A stretch of 64,000 nt of DNA from an uncultured Nitrososphaerota archaeon (GTDB lineage Archaea > Thermoproteota > Nitrososphaeria > Nitrososphaerales > CADDZS01): the NCBI GenBank assembly GCA_963799845.1, contig CAWCYI010000004.1, forward strand, positions 608,001-672,000, read 5' to 3'. The translations under genes were made by a program, and so were the position numbers. Below the pieces are notes generated by a model, which was not told the DNA's origin, searched no databases, and was given only the letters and a program-made list of their open reading frames with translations. Below, piece after piece: positions 40,228 through 48,794 of this stretch. Each line of letters opens with the position of its first letter. Position 1 is the stretch's first letter.

Positions 40228-41625
40228 TTAAGAAACGGGTGAAGGGAATTTATCGAGAGGAAGTCTGTCAGATAAAATGATCAGTGGCATCGGTTCAGTG
40301 GCGGTTTTTAGTTCATAATGCAAGTGAACTACCCACGACTGAAAGATCGTGGGCTTCTCCACGACCATAGCAGGGCTTCCTGTTTCAACCACCATGCTTG
40401 CTCTGATGTGTGGAATGCTGTTGAAGTATTCCAAGAGAGTATAGGCAAGAGTGTCCGCAGGCGTTAATTCCCTATGCACCATAGGTACTCCTCCTTCCTT
40501 TTCGATGTTTATCGCGGAGTTCAAGTCTCTGTCCATTACGAGACCACAGTATGTGCATTCATAGATTCGATCCGCAAGAGTGACCTGATTCCTTGCGTTG
40601 CACCGCGAGCATTTCTGGGTCGTGGGGATGAAGCTATTCACTTTCCTCGGCGTTTGTGCCTTCTTTTCAAGCGCACTGATTATTCCGCCGAGCGAGGTGT
40701 TCAAAATTCTTCTTCCCCAGATCCGCTGCCAGGCTTTGATTGTATCATCCTGATAGCAAATCGTTGTGAACTGTTTTGTGAGTCCGCGCACAAGCTTGTT
40801 CTGGATATCCTTTTTGACGCTCGTCGTCCCGTCATAGGCTTTATCCAGTTTCGTTTTTGCCTTCCACCAGTTATGGCTGTGGTATTTCTTTCTGCTTAGC
40901 TTCCTGCACAGCTTCTTCATATGATCTGTTATTGGCACTTCGTAGTTGATTCTGATCCCGCTTGATAGCGTGAGCTGGTTTTTGATTCCCAAGTCTATGC
41001 CTACGTTTTTTGATGGCTGTTCTTCTTCCCGATGCTTCGGAACTACTTTAGTCTGGTAGGTTGTCACGTGCAGATAGTAGTCTCCATGCTTTCGGATCAG
41101 AAGCACGGATGCAAGATCGGCACTCGCAGGAAGCTGAAAAATCCCTCTTGTTTTGAGTCCCTGCTTGATTCCCTGAATGTGGATGTAGTGCTTATCGAAG
41201 ATCTTGTACGTCATCCCTTGCTGCTTGAGTGGGATGGAACAGATTTCACTTTTGAATTTGAGCGCACCAACTTTGTGTCCGCTCTTCTTCAACCTGGAAA
41301 GTGATCTGATGTTGTCTCTCATCCTGTCGATGAGTTCCTGTTTCATCTGGGATGAAAGACATCGGATTTCTCTTGTTTCGAAACCGTCCTTTGCCTTGAC
41401 ACGGACCGAGCCTATCCTGTAGTCGGCCTCGAATATGTTTCCGTTTGCAAGCACATGATTGTAGAACCACTTGGCTTCGAGAAATAATCTGTCGAGATGT
41501 TTGTGTGTCTTGTCGCTGAGATGGGAAGTATCTATTTTCAGCTCGTATTGCTTACAGGTTTGAGTCCTCCGTCTCTCCTTAGTTTTCTTGAGCGAGCCGC
41601 GTATGGCGTCATTCTTGAGAGACAT
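40228..41625 (-). CDS. tnpB: TnpB family RNA-guided endonuclease
   Basis: GIDLGIK, CSRC...CTYC zinc finger, DRDLNSAINI; the ORF reads through the right end. Confidence 0.92.
   Translation of the reverse strand: MSLKNDAIRGSLKKTKERRRTQTCKQYELKIDTSHLSDKTHKHLDRLFLEAKWFYNHVLANGNIFEADYRIGSVRVKAKDGFETREIRCLSSQMKQELIDRMRDNIRSLSRLKKSGHKVGALKFKSEICSIPLKQQGMTYKIFDKHYIHIQGIKQGLKTRGIFQLPASADLASVLLIRKHGDYYLHVTTYQTKVVPKHREEEQPSKNVGIDLGIKNQLTLSSGIRINYEVPITDHMKKLCRKLSRKKYHSHNWWKAKTKLDKAYDGTTSVKKDIQNKLVRGLTKQFTTICYQDDTIKAWQRIWGRRILNTSLGGIISALEKKAQTPRKVNSFIPTTQKCSRCNARNQVTLADRIYECTYCGLVMDRDLNSAINIEKEGGVPMVHRELTPADTLAYTLLEYFNSIPHIRASMVVETGSPAMVVEKPTIFQSWVVHLHYELKTATEPMPLIILSDRLPLDKFPSPVS
40304..40480 (-). ncRNA. 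Predicted TnpB omega/reRNA (right-end scaffold plus flanking guide)
   Basis: Known TnpB guide RNAs derive from the right end plus about 16-20 flanking nt; the 5' boundary here is a guess. Confidence 0.55.
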
Positions 41626-41686
41626 CCGACTCTCTCAAGCGCAATTCATCCCATGTTTTAAAACATGGGCTTTCTTGCACAATCTG
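40324..41686 (-). mobile_element. IS200/IS605-family, tnpB-only (IS1341-type) insertion sequence
   Basis: Left-end palindrome CCCATGTTTTAAAACATGGG (41650-41669); right-end hairpin CCCACGA/TCGTGGG (40332-40353) ending TAGTTCAC. Inserted after TTAC with no target duplication; no tnpA. Confidence 0.9.
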
Positions 41687-42418
41687 GTAAATCTGCTGAA
41701 TGGTTTCGCGATAAGCTGGGTTTCGAAATAGTAGAAAATCAGGGGCACGCAGTATTTGTGAAACCGCTAGGTTCGCAGACAATTCTCATTCATCTCTGCG
41801 GAAAGTGTCACGACTGGCAGAATGATCAACCTGGTGGTCGTACCGGAATCTGGTTCCAGTGCGGGGAGGGCATCATGTTCAGAACTGAAAAAGGCCGACT
41901 AATCCCGTGCAGTAAGCCGGAAAACGTCGAGAAGACCTACTATGTTTTGAAGGAGAAGGGAGTCGAATTCGTCGAAGACCTTGCTGTCACGAATTGGGGA
42001 ATGCAGGCGATATTCAAAGACCTCGATGAAAACGAATTCGAAATATCGTGACCTTTTGCTAAGTTCTTCATATACTAGTTATCATTGTTTTTTAAAGGTA
42101 GGAATGATTTACTACCATTGTTTTTCACGCATTACGCACGATCGCCTAACTATTTGTCAACCTTGATACGTGCTAATGCTTTATCAGTTCGTTCGTGCAC
42201 AAGCCCGCAAACGCTCTAGACTGACGTTATCTTCGTCAGCATTAACGATATACAATTGGGTGCGGAAGTAATATTCCCTGGACGTGTATGCATTTCTTTT
42301 CAGCGAAGAAGCGTTCATGAGTACCTGATGATCAAGAGTTTAACTGTGTTATTCCGTTATTTCAAAAATCCTCCGATAACAGAATAACAGAGACACCTTC
42401 CAATCATGCTTCTTCTAC

Positions 42419-43169
42419 TCATGGGCTCAACGCCATCGTCCCCATCCCGCCAAAACCGACTATTTCGCCGTCCGAAAGGGGGAGTTGAAGGGAGCAACTC
42501 GAGGCAATAAAGAACCCCTCGAAGTCGCTCGCGTTGACCTGAGCTGTACCATATCCTACTGAAAACGGAATCAGTCCAGGGCACGGTTCGTAGTAGGAGA
42601 GCGTATAGAAGCCCTTGGCTTGAGCAGTCGCGGTGATCGTATAGTTGACGATTATTCGCGATTGGTTGAATCCCGCAGGGATGGTCAGAATACTGGGAGT
42701 CGCCGTCTCAGAGATTCCTGGAGCGGGGGAATAAGAGTAGGAGTAGCCACCTCCGATGCTCGAAGCATTTACTTCCAGAATTTGGGAACCGGAAAAGTTG
42801 ATGGTCGCTGGAAGGATCGCGTCGTTTTCCAACTGATAAGCTACACAAAGGGTTGCGGTCGTACCGGACTTCATGAGGAACGTCAGATCGCTTTGCTGGT
42901 TATTGTTTGATTCATTCACCAGTGTCAGCCCGGATGGTGCCAAAGTCGGACAGCTGAGTAGAAGAGACGTAATTCTGAATGACTTCGGAGCCTGTCTCAG
43001 TCAAGTTGAATAATTGGGTCATTGTGTCACTTTGAGTCGAAGTAACCGAGGACAGCAATGTTGTCGTTTCAATCTTGGTTACAGGAAAGATAATTGAGCC
43101 CAGGGCCAGGCCAATAATGAGCATGATGACAGCAACTCCAATTAATGACACAATGGTTGAGCTTTTCAT
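42419..43169 (-). CDS. Membrane-anchored secreted protein (probable 1-nt frameshift near 42955)
   Basis: The TM-leader ORF 42912-43169 and the Cys/N-sequon ORF 42419-42943 overlap and join after removing one base. Confidence 0.6.
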
Positions 43170-43968
43170 CTATCCTGATTTTCAGACGAAAGCATCCTAT
43201 AAGGTTCTGGTTTTTGGAACAGTGTGAACGATAATTCCAATTACTAACTGTTCGTTGAAATGCGACTTGATACAGATGAAGAATTTGTAGAGGAATATCT
43301 GTAGCTCTCCGTGTGGCACAGGGTGAGCACTTGCGTTGTATTGTTCTGAGTAACAGTGGCGGCGGCAGTGCAAGTCTGGTTAGAATTCGTAGATTTAATC
43401 GTCGTGTCATTCGATGTTTGTGGAGTGGATGTAGTACATGGGAATGATGGCAAGAAAACTTGGATGATAATGTTAAGTCCATTCACTATGACAACGCCAG
43501 AATTAGGCGTGAGCCCTGAAGATGGGTGAATAGTGTAGCTGTAAGTTCCTGATGCCACGAAGAAAGTTATTGTTGAGAGATTCGCATAATCGGTTCCCGC
43601 GTTCCATTGATTGTCTGGTATCGGAAGTGTTGCATTGAATGGTTGGGCTTTAGTCTCGTTACCCAGTGTTACTGACCACTCTGCGAGGTAGGATGGATTG
43701 CAAGGAGTTTCAGGGGTTTCAATAAATGTCAAGTTGTATAGCCGGGCTTGAGCAGTTGTTACTGTGAAAGTCGTAGTTGAAGTAAAGGAGGAAAGCAATG
43801 TTGTTGTTTCAATCTTAGTCATTGGGAACATGACAGAACCAAGAGTAGTACCTACGACGAGCATGATGGCCCCTACTCCAACTAATGATAGAACGACTGA
43901 TCTTTTCATTAATCTTGATTTTCACACCGAGGAATCGTATAAGGTTCTAGTCTCCAGAACAGCGTGCA
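43036..43968. repeat. Diverged direct repeat of about 190 bp (43036-43228 / 43776-43968)
   Basis: Gap-free similarity at offset 740 covering the promoter (TATAAGGTTCT) and the first 44 or so codons of two genes. Confidence 0.85.
43244..43909 (-). CDS. Membrane-anchored secreted protein, S/T-rich
   Basis: TM leader, YNLTFIET...WSVTLGN...ITFFVASGTYSYTI, several Cys and N-sequons. Confidence 0.7.
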   Translation of the reverse strand: MKRSVVLSLVGVGAIMLVVGTTLGSVMFPMTKIETTTLLSSFTSTTTFTVTTAQARLYNLTFIETPETPCNPSYLAEWSVTLGNETKAQPFNATLPIPDNQWNAGTDYANLSTITFFVASGTYSYTIHPSSGLTPNSGVVIVNGLNIIIQVFLPSFPCTTSTPQTSNDTTIKSTNSNQTCTAAATVTQNNTTQVLTLCHTESYRYSSTNSSSVSSRISTNS

Positions 43969-44080
43969 ATAGGATGCTAAGCAGGCAAACGTTCTCCCAA
44001 TCAGAACGTTCTTGCTCTCGAATAGTGTCAAATAATAGGAGTTTCCATGAAAGGGGCAATTGTAATCCGGCGTTCAATAA

Positions 44081-45202
44081 TTGGTTATCCCACGCAGAGC
44101 AGCTCTAGTGGCTTTCATCCCACTAATGATGATTCTCGCTTTATTTGGCACTTATCTGTATGCCGCAGTTCCTTCTTCTTCCAATATCAATGAGACAACC
44201 GCGACGAATGCTACCTCTTCTACGGCGCCTTTACTGACCAACATTTCTTTGTACCAATTCACCGCTCCTGTAATTCAACGTTATTCTAATCTGCCACATG
44301 GTGCGCCTCAATATTATCCAAGCGTGACTTATGATGAGCTGAACTTTAGAATTCTCCTTCCCTTGAGCTTGTTTCCTATTTCGGATTCTCATACCAGTTA
44401 TTTCTACTTGGATGGCATCCAACTGGGTTGTGATGGGGTTTCACTGGTTCCTTCCCCGGGAATTAATTCTGCCCAAGTTGAGAGTTTCGCATGTGAACTG
44501 TTGGGGCTGTATCCGATTGGTTCACTTCACAATCTGACCGTCATAATTACAAGCATGAACGGCACTACCTTTCGTCTCCAAACCAGCGCCGTTCTTACCT
44601 ATTACGAAGGTCCTTCCGCACCTGCAACAGTCCAAACAACTAACTCAACTCTCGGACTTCAACTTGTACTATCGCTAAACACAACGACAATGCAATCGGG
44701 TCAAACGGTCAACGTTACAGCTCTCATACTGAATACTCTACCCAAGGAAAACAATATCTCGGGTGCGAATGAATGGGCAATCCCTTCTGTGCCAAGTACG
44801 ACTTCCTTTCCATGTGCCACATTTCTTTACTACCAAGTATTCCAGGGGTACTATTCTCAATCGAATTTGTCGTCCGCTGGAATGCTACTCCAAGTTTCTC
44901 CGGTTTTCCAATTTCTTTCTTGTCCGATCTTTCAAAGAAGCTACTACCTCTTCCAACCTTACAGTGCATCTGCCGCAGTCCCCATTGGATTTTCTAATGT
45001 AAGCTCAAGCACTTTGTATCAGGTTACGCCAATGTCAATTTCGGGCTATCTTTCGGGAAATTACAGCAGGGTCTATAATTCATCGGTCTTCACTCAAAAT
45101 GGTGCGCTCCCTCCGCCACCATTCAAATCTGGCATCTACACGGTGATCGCCGGGGACGAATGGGGACAGGTTGTCTTGCTTCATTTTACGGTTCGAGGTT
45201 AA
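44081..45202 (+). CDS. Secreted surface protein with C-terminal DEWG domain
   Basis: TM leader; NSTLGLQLVLSLN...YTVIAGDEWGQVVLLHF. Confidence 0.75.
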   Translation: MVIPRRAALVAFIPLMMILALFGTYLYAAVPSSSNINETTATNATSSTAPLLTNISLYQFTAPVIQRYSNLPHGAPQYYPSVTYDELNFRILLPLSLFPISDSHTSYFYLDGIQLGCDGVSLVPSPGINSAQVESFACELLGLYPIGSLHNLTVIITSMNGTTFRLQTSAVLTYYEGPSAPATVQTTNSTLGLQLVLSLNTTTMQSGQTVNVTALILNTLPKENNISGANEWAIPSVPSTTSFPCATFLYYQVFQGYYSQSNLSSAGMLLQVSPVFQFLSCPIFQRSYYLFQPYSASAAVPIGFSNVSSSTLYQVTPMSISGYLSGNYSRVYNSSVFTQNGALPPPPFKSGIYTVIAGDEWGQVVLLHFTVRG

Positions 45203-45208
45203 CATGAA

Positions 45209-46804
45209 TTGCAGAGCCGCGCCATTTCTAGAATTGCAACGATCGTTATTATCGTAATTGTCATAGTTGCGGCAATTACTGCAGGTTACTTCGTCCTGAA
45301 CTCTACTGCAACTCCGACAACTTCAACAAGTTCAAGCACTTCCTCTTTGCACAGTAGCAGTTCTACGACTTTGGTTAGCAATGCCTGCAATTCAATAGTG
45401 CTCAACGGCGAGAGCTACTGCTCCCTCAACGTAACAAATGATATTGTCCTAGGAGAACCCGGCGAAAGCTATTTCGTCAATGGTACGACTGCGATCAACT
45501 ACATGGGTGTCACTTTCGAACCCTTGTGCCCGACGAATATCCAAGGCTGCCCTAATCAGCAAACCTCCGGAACACTTATGGAGATGTCCAGCGGTGCAAT
45601 CCAAATCAGCCTCACGTTTCCCGATAACAGCACAGCGGTGATCGGATCGATACTTCAAAACGGAGGCGAAGAACCACTTACAATCCTATCAAATCATACC
45701 AACCCGACGGCAGGAGTTTATATTGAATATGTTGCAGCTTCTTCGCACTTTTATGACACTTTTCTGCTTGTCAGCGAGGCGACTTATACAACCACTCTTA
45801 CTCCTTCTACATCGTCCTCTAGTAGTGAACTGCATTCTTCTGCGAGCATTTCAACGATAAATTCCACTCTAGGACTGAAGCTAATCTTGTCCTTAAACTC
45901 TACCATTATCCCCAGTGAGGAAGCGATCAACATTACAGTTCTGCTAGAGAACACTCTAATGACTACGAACAATTTAACAGCGGAAGCCGACTGGCCGATT
46001 TCGGCATCCTCCGGACCTTGTGACGGAGGCGACAGTACCAATAAATTATATGATCCAACTGGCATCGCAATTTTTAGGGGAATTTACGGACTCAATAATA
46101 TCTCAAGTGCAAGCTTCTTACCTGTCTGGGCAGCTATAGAGTGTCCAGCCAACTTTGCCTTCAGTGACAACGGGACCATACTAGGTATCTGGACGAATAT
46201 TACGAATTATTCTCTCCTTCCAGGGTTAGACGGTGGGAGCCGGTCGGGTTACTACAGATCCCAAAGTGGAAACCAAATAGAAGTAACTCTTCCCACAGAG
46301 CTTACCTTTGGCGCTCAATTCTATGCGAACAACGCGACTGGTTTCCAACCGTATAACACACTCACTTCGGCAGTACCGGCGAATTACACCGTCGCCGCAG
46401 CTGATGAATGGGGGCAAATAGTACTAATGCATTTTCAAGTGGTAGCCTCGCACCATCTACCTGTCGTAGGAGAGTTCTTGGATGCTTCGGGAGGCTGCAG
46501 CGCAAGTGGTTATCCCGTTCCTTGTATTGCATCTGAATTCTCCAGTGCAACCATTTTCAACTGTGCTGCTCCTGCACAAACCGTCGCAGGTTGTCAGTTT
46601 GAAGCCAACTCAAGCTCTGGACAAACTCCCACCACGTACACGATCACAGTGGCCTATCCCCGGCTGAATCAAACTGGAGAACCAATCTGGGCAAATTGTC
46701 TGTTCAATGAAAAAGGGGAACCCACGACTTTTGGCTATTGTTTTATGATAAATTCCACGGCTTTTGTCTTCAGCGAGGGAGGGCCTGCTGCCTCGTCTCC
46801 TTGA
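45209..46804 (+). CDS. Class III signal-peptide surface protein with DEWG domain and Cys-rich C-terminus
   Basis: RAIS followed by a hydrophobic stretch; NSTLGLKLILSLN...YTVAAADEWGQIVLMHF. Confidence 0.75.
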   Translation: MQSRAISRIATIVIIVIVIVAAITAGYFVLNSTATPTTSTSSSTSSLHSSSSTTLVSNACNSIVLNGESYCSLNVTNDIVLGEPGESYFVNGTTAINYMGVTFEPLCPTNIQGCPNQQTSGTLMEMSSGAIQISLTFPDNSTAVIGSILQNGGEEPLTILSNHTNPTAGVYIEYVAASSHFYDTFLLVSEATYTTTLTPSTSSSSSELHSSASISTINSTLGLKLILSLNSTIIPSEEAINITVLLENTLMTTNNLTAEADWPISASSGPCDGGDSTNKLYDPTGIAIFRGIYGLNNISSASFLPVWAAIECPANFAFSDNGTILGIWTNITNYSLLPGLDGGSRSGYYRSQSGNQIEVTLPTELTFGAQFYANNATGFQPYNTLTSAVPANYTVAAADEWGQIVLMHFQVVASHHLPVVGEFLDASGGCSASGYPVPCIASEFSSATIFNCAAPAQTVAGCQFEANSSSGQTPTTYTITVAYPRLNQTGEPIWANCLFNEKGEPTTFGYCFMINSTAFVFSEGGPAASSP

Positions 46805-46824
46805 CTTGCTCCAATCGTTTGATC

Positions 46825-47139
46825 TTATTCTTTGGTATCCTCTCCCTCAATTTCCTCCACGTCTTTTTCTATTGATTCAACGTCTTCCCTGGAGGTGAGC
46901 ACCAACTCTGAAAGCTCATCCTTGATCGCTTCAATGAATGACGGTCGTATGCCAATAGTTATCGCGTCATAGATCTCAGGGTAGGTGTATCGAAAACCGC
47001 GTTTGTTCTTATCAGGGAGCGTTTCAATTAGTTTCCAAGCTTCCTCCAAATAACCTTCAGTTTTGGTATTGGGATTAACAGAGAGAGCTAATGAAACAAA
47101 TTTGCCTACTTCTTTGTAAGTATGTTCGACCGAGTTCAT
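46825..47139 (-). CDS. Hypothetical protein
   Basis: 104-aa acidic ORF. Confidence 0.55.
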   Translation of the reverse strand: MNSVEHTYKEVGKFVSLALSVNPNTKTEGYLEEAWKLIETLPDKNKRGFRYTYPEIYDAITIGIRPSFIEAIKDELSELVLTSREDVESIEKDVEEIEGEDTKE

Positions 47140-47287
47140 GATGAGTCTTCAGTAGTGTTGGATTGTGATAAACTTCGTTGTTTCAATTGTTAGACAGTGC
47201 GCAATCTGATCCAGACGATCTCATGTTACGGTGATAGAATAAGAAGGCACATAAAGTCCGAATTGGTGTCTGATACTCGAGCTCTTA

Positions 47288-47701
47288 ATGTCGATAACAA
47301 TTAAGATGAAAGTGACCGCTGTCTCAAAGGAAAGCCCGCACATGCCAGGAATGTCGTGGAATAGTGGCCCTTATTCTCAGCTAAACCCTTTTGTCTACCT
47401 CTCTCTAGTCCCTGCTGAACCGAAGAAATTATCTTCTAAACCAAAATCACCAGAAAGGCTTCTTGAGCATCCGACGGAGAAAGTAAGAATCAAATCTGAG
47501 GGCGAGGGAGAAAGAGAGGCTGAGATAATCAGACCAATGGTCCAGTGGAACGAGGCAATGATGCCTTCAGTTCCCGTTGTAGTTACTCTTTCGGCGGAAG
47601 AATTCGAAGGAATTGGAAGACCCACGCTCGGCGACAGACTCACTCTTACTATCCGATTCCCTAAGAGAATTGTTCGACCCCGGAGAAACTTTGAACCCTG
47701 A
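47288..47701 (+). CDS. Hypothetical protein, possibly arcadin-1/OB-like
   Basis: KVTAVS...VYLSLV...VTLSAEEFEGIGRPTLGDRLTLTI. Confidence 0.5.
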   Translation: MSITIKMKVTAVSKESPHMPGMSWNSGPYSQLNPFVYLSLVPAEPKKLSSKPKSPERLLEHPTEKVRIKSEGEGEREAEIIRPMVQWNEAMMPSVPVVVTLSAEEFEGIGRPTLGDRLTLTIRFPKRIVRPRRNFEP

Positions 47702-47799
47702 ACGGTTCTATTCCTGACCCGGATTTTACTCCCGGCCGGGTACTCCATACTTGACCGCTTAGGATGCTACATCTGAATTAAAGAAACTAAAGTCATAAC

Positions 47800-48210
47800 T
47801 TGAACAGAATTCAAGATCATGCAGTAGAAGCTTTGTTAGATTATTTCATTCTGGTTTCTGATATTCTCGGAGTCTCAATTATGGGTTATGTGGGAGTTAC
47901 TGGAATGAAATATTTCGTCTATATTTTGAGAACTGCCGACCTCAAAAACCTGAGATTTATCTGGGTGCCTATTGTAATGAGTGGTAGCTTTTTCTTCGTT
48001 GTTGTCTTGGGACTATCGATCAACGACGTTTTCGGCAATTATATTGATACGTCATTTTACTTTGCAATTCATCCTTTCCTTCTCGTTGGAAGCGGATTCT
48101 TTGCCTTAAGCACTTATCGATTCGTCAAAACAGTCAAATCTTACAAGGACTCTAAGAAGCAAGCAGAAATTTCTGTCGAGGAAATGCAGAACGAACTGGC
48201 TAAAAGATGA
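47800..48210 (+). CDS. Small membrane protein (3 TM)
   Basis: Three hydrophobic segments and a charged tail. Confidence 0.6.
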   Translation: MNRIQDHAVEALLDYFILVSDILGVSIMGYVGVTGMKYFVYILRTADLKNLRFIWVPIVMSGSFFFVVVLGLSINDVFGNYIDTSFYFAIHPFLLVGSGFFALSTYRFVKTVKSYKDSKKQAEISVEEMQNELAKR

Positions 48211-48356
48211 CAAGTCATCCATCCTGACGGTTTCTATCCCTGACCGGCAAGAAAAATTCCATCCCACGCTAGTTAACAGGAAGAATTTCCCACGCAAAGT
48301 TACCAAAACCAAAAATTTTCTGCGTTCGCACGCGGGGAGGTGTTTTCTGAGTGAAG

Positions 48357-48451
48357 AGCTGACGTTCAAGCTCTGTTCAAACCGTTCAGCTTGAAACGAG
48401 CTCTGTTAGCTCGGAAGAGCTTGAAACGAGCTGAACGTAACTTAAAGAGCT
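48357..48451. repeat. AGCT-rich degenerate tandem repeat
   Basis: AGCTTGAAACGAGCT at 48388 and 48418; eight AGCT in 95 bp. Confidence 0.7.
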
Positions 48452-48794
48452 CGGAACGAATTGAACGAGGTTCTCGGTAATTGTCGAGTTGATCTTTTCG
48501 TACTGGATTTTCGAGTTTTCGAGGTTGTTCTGGACTTTTCATGGAAATATCAGATCCTCGTCTGATGCCGTGAATCAATGGCGGAAATTTTCACTGTGGT
48601 TTACACGAGCGGGCACATTTTGGCTGAAGAGATTAATTCGATCGAATGTCTTGGAAGTGAGCTAATTCTAGAATCATAACAAAAAAAAGTCAAGATTTCA
48701 CCAACACTCACATGTGAGCGCAAATGATATCAAGCCTGAGACCGGATTGAACTAGAACTTTACAGAAAACCGTTTTTTGGGACGAGTGCCAAAA

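Larger units (their letters stand above)
40277..42051 (+). pseudogene. VOC/glyoxalase family gene interrupted by the TnpB element
   Basis: Joining 40277-40323 to 41687-42051, with one T removed from the run at 40305-40309, gives MISGIGSVAVLVHNASKSAEWFRDKLGFE...WGMQAIFKDLDENEF. Confidence 0.85.

Noticed and set aside
40228-41625. Cas12f, IS607 or Fanzor-like identity for the TnpB
   Set aside because: No CRISPR array or cas genes, no serine recombinase and no relocated Glu; the ends follow IS200/IS605 hairpin rules.
8890-42960. Programmed ribosomal frameshifting in the split genes
   Set aside because: No consistent slippery heptamer or stimulator, and unrelated ordinary families are affected, so artefact or mutation is simpler.
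48357-48451. Mini CRISPR array
   Set aside because: The repeat is only 15 nt at 30-nt period and the spacers are themselves repetitive.
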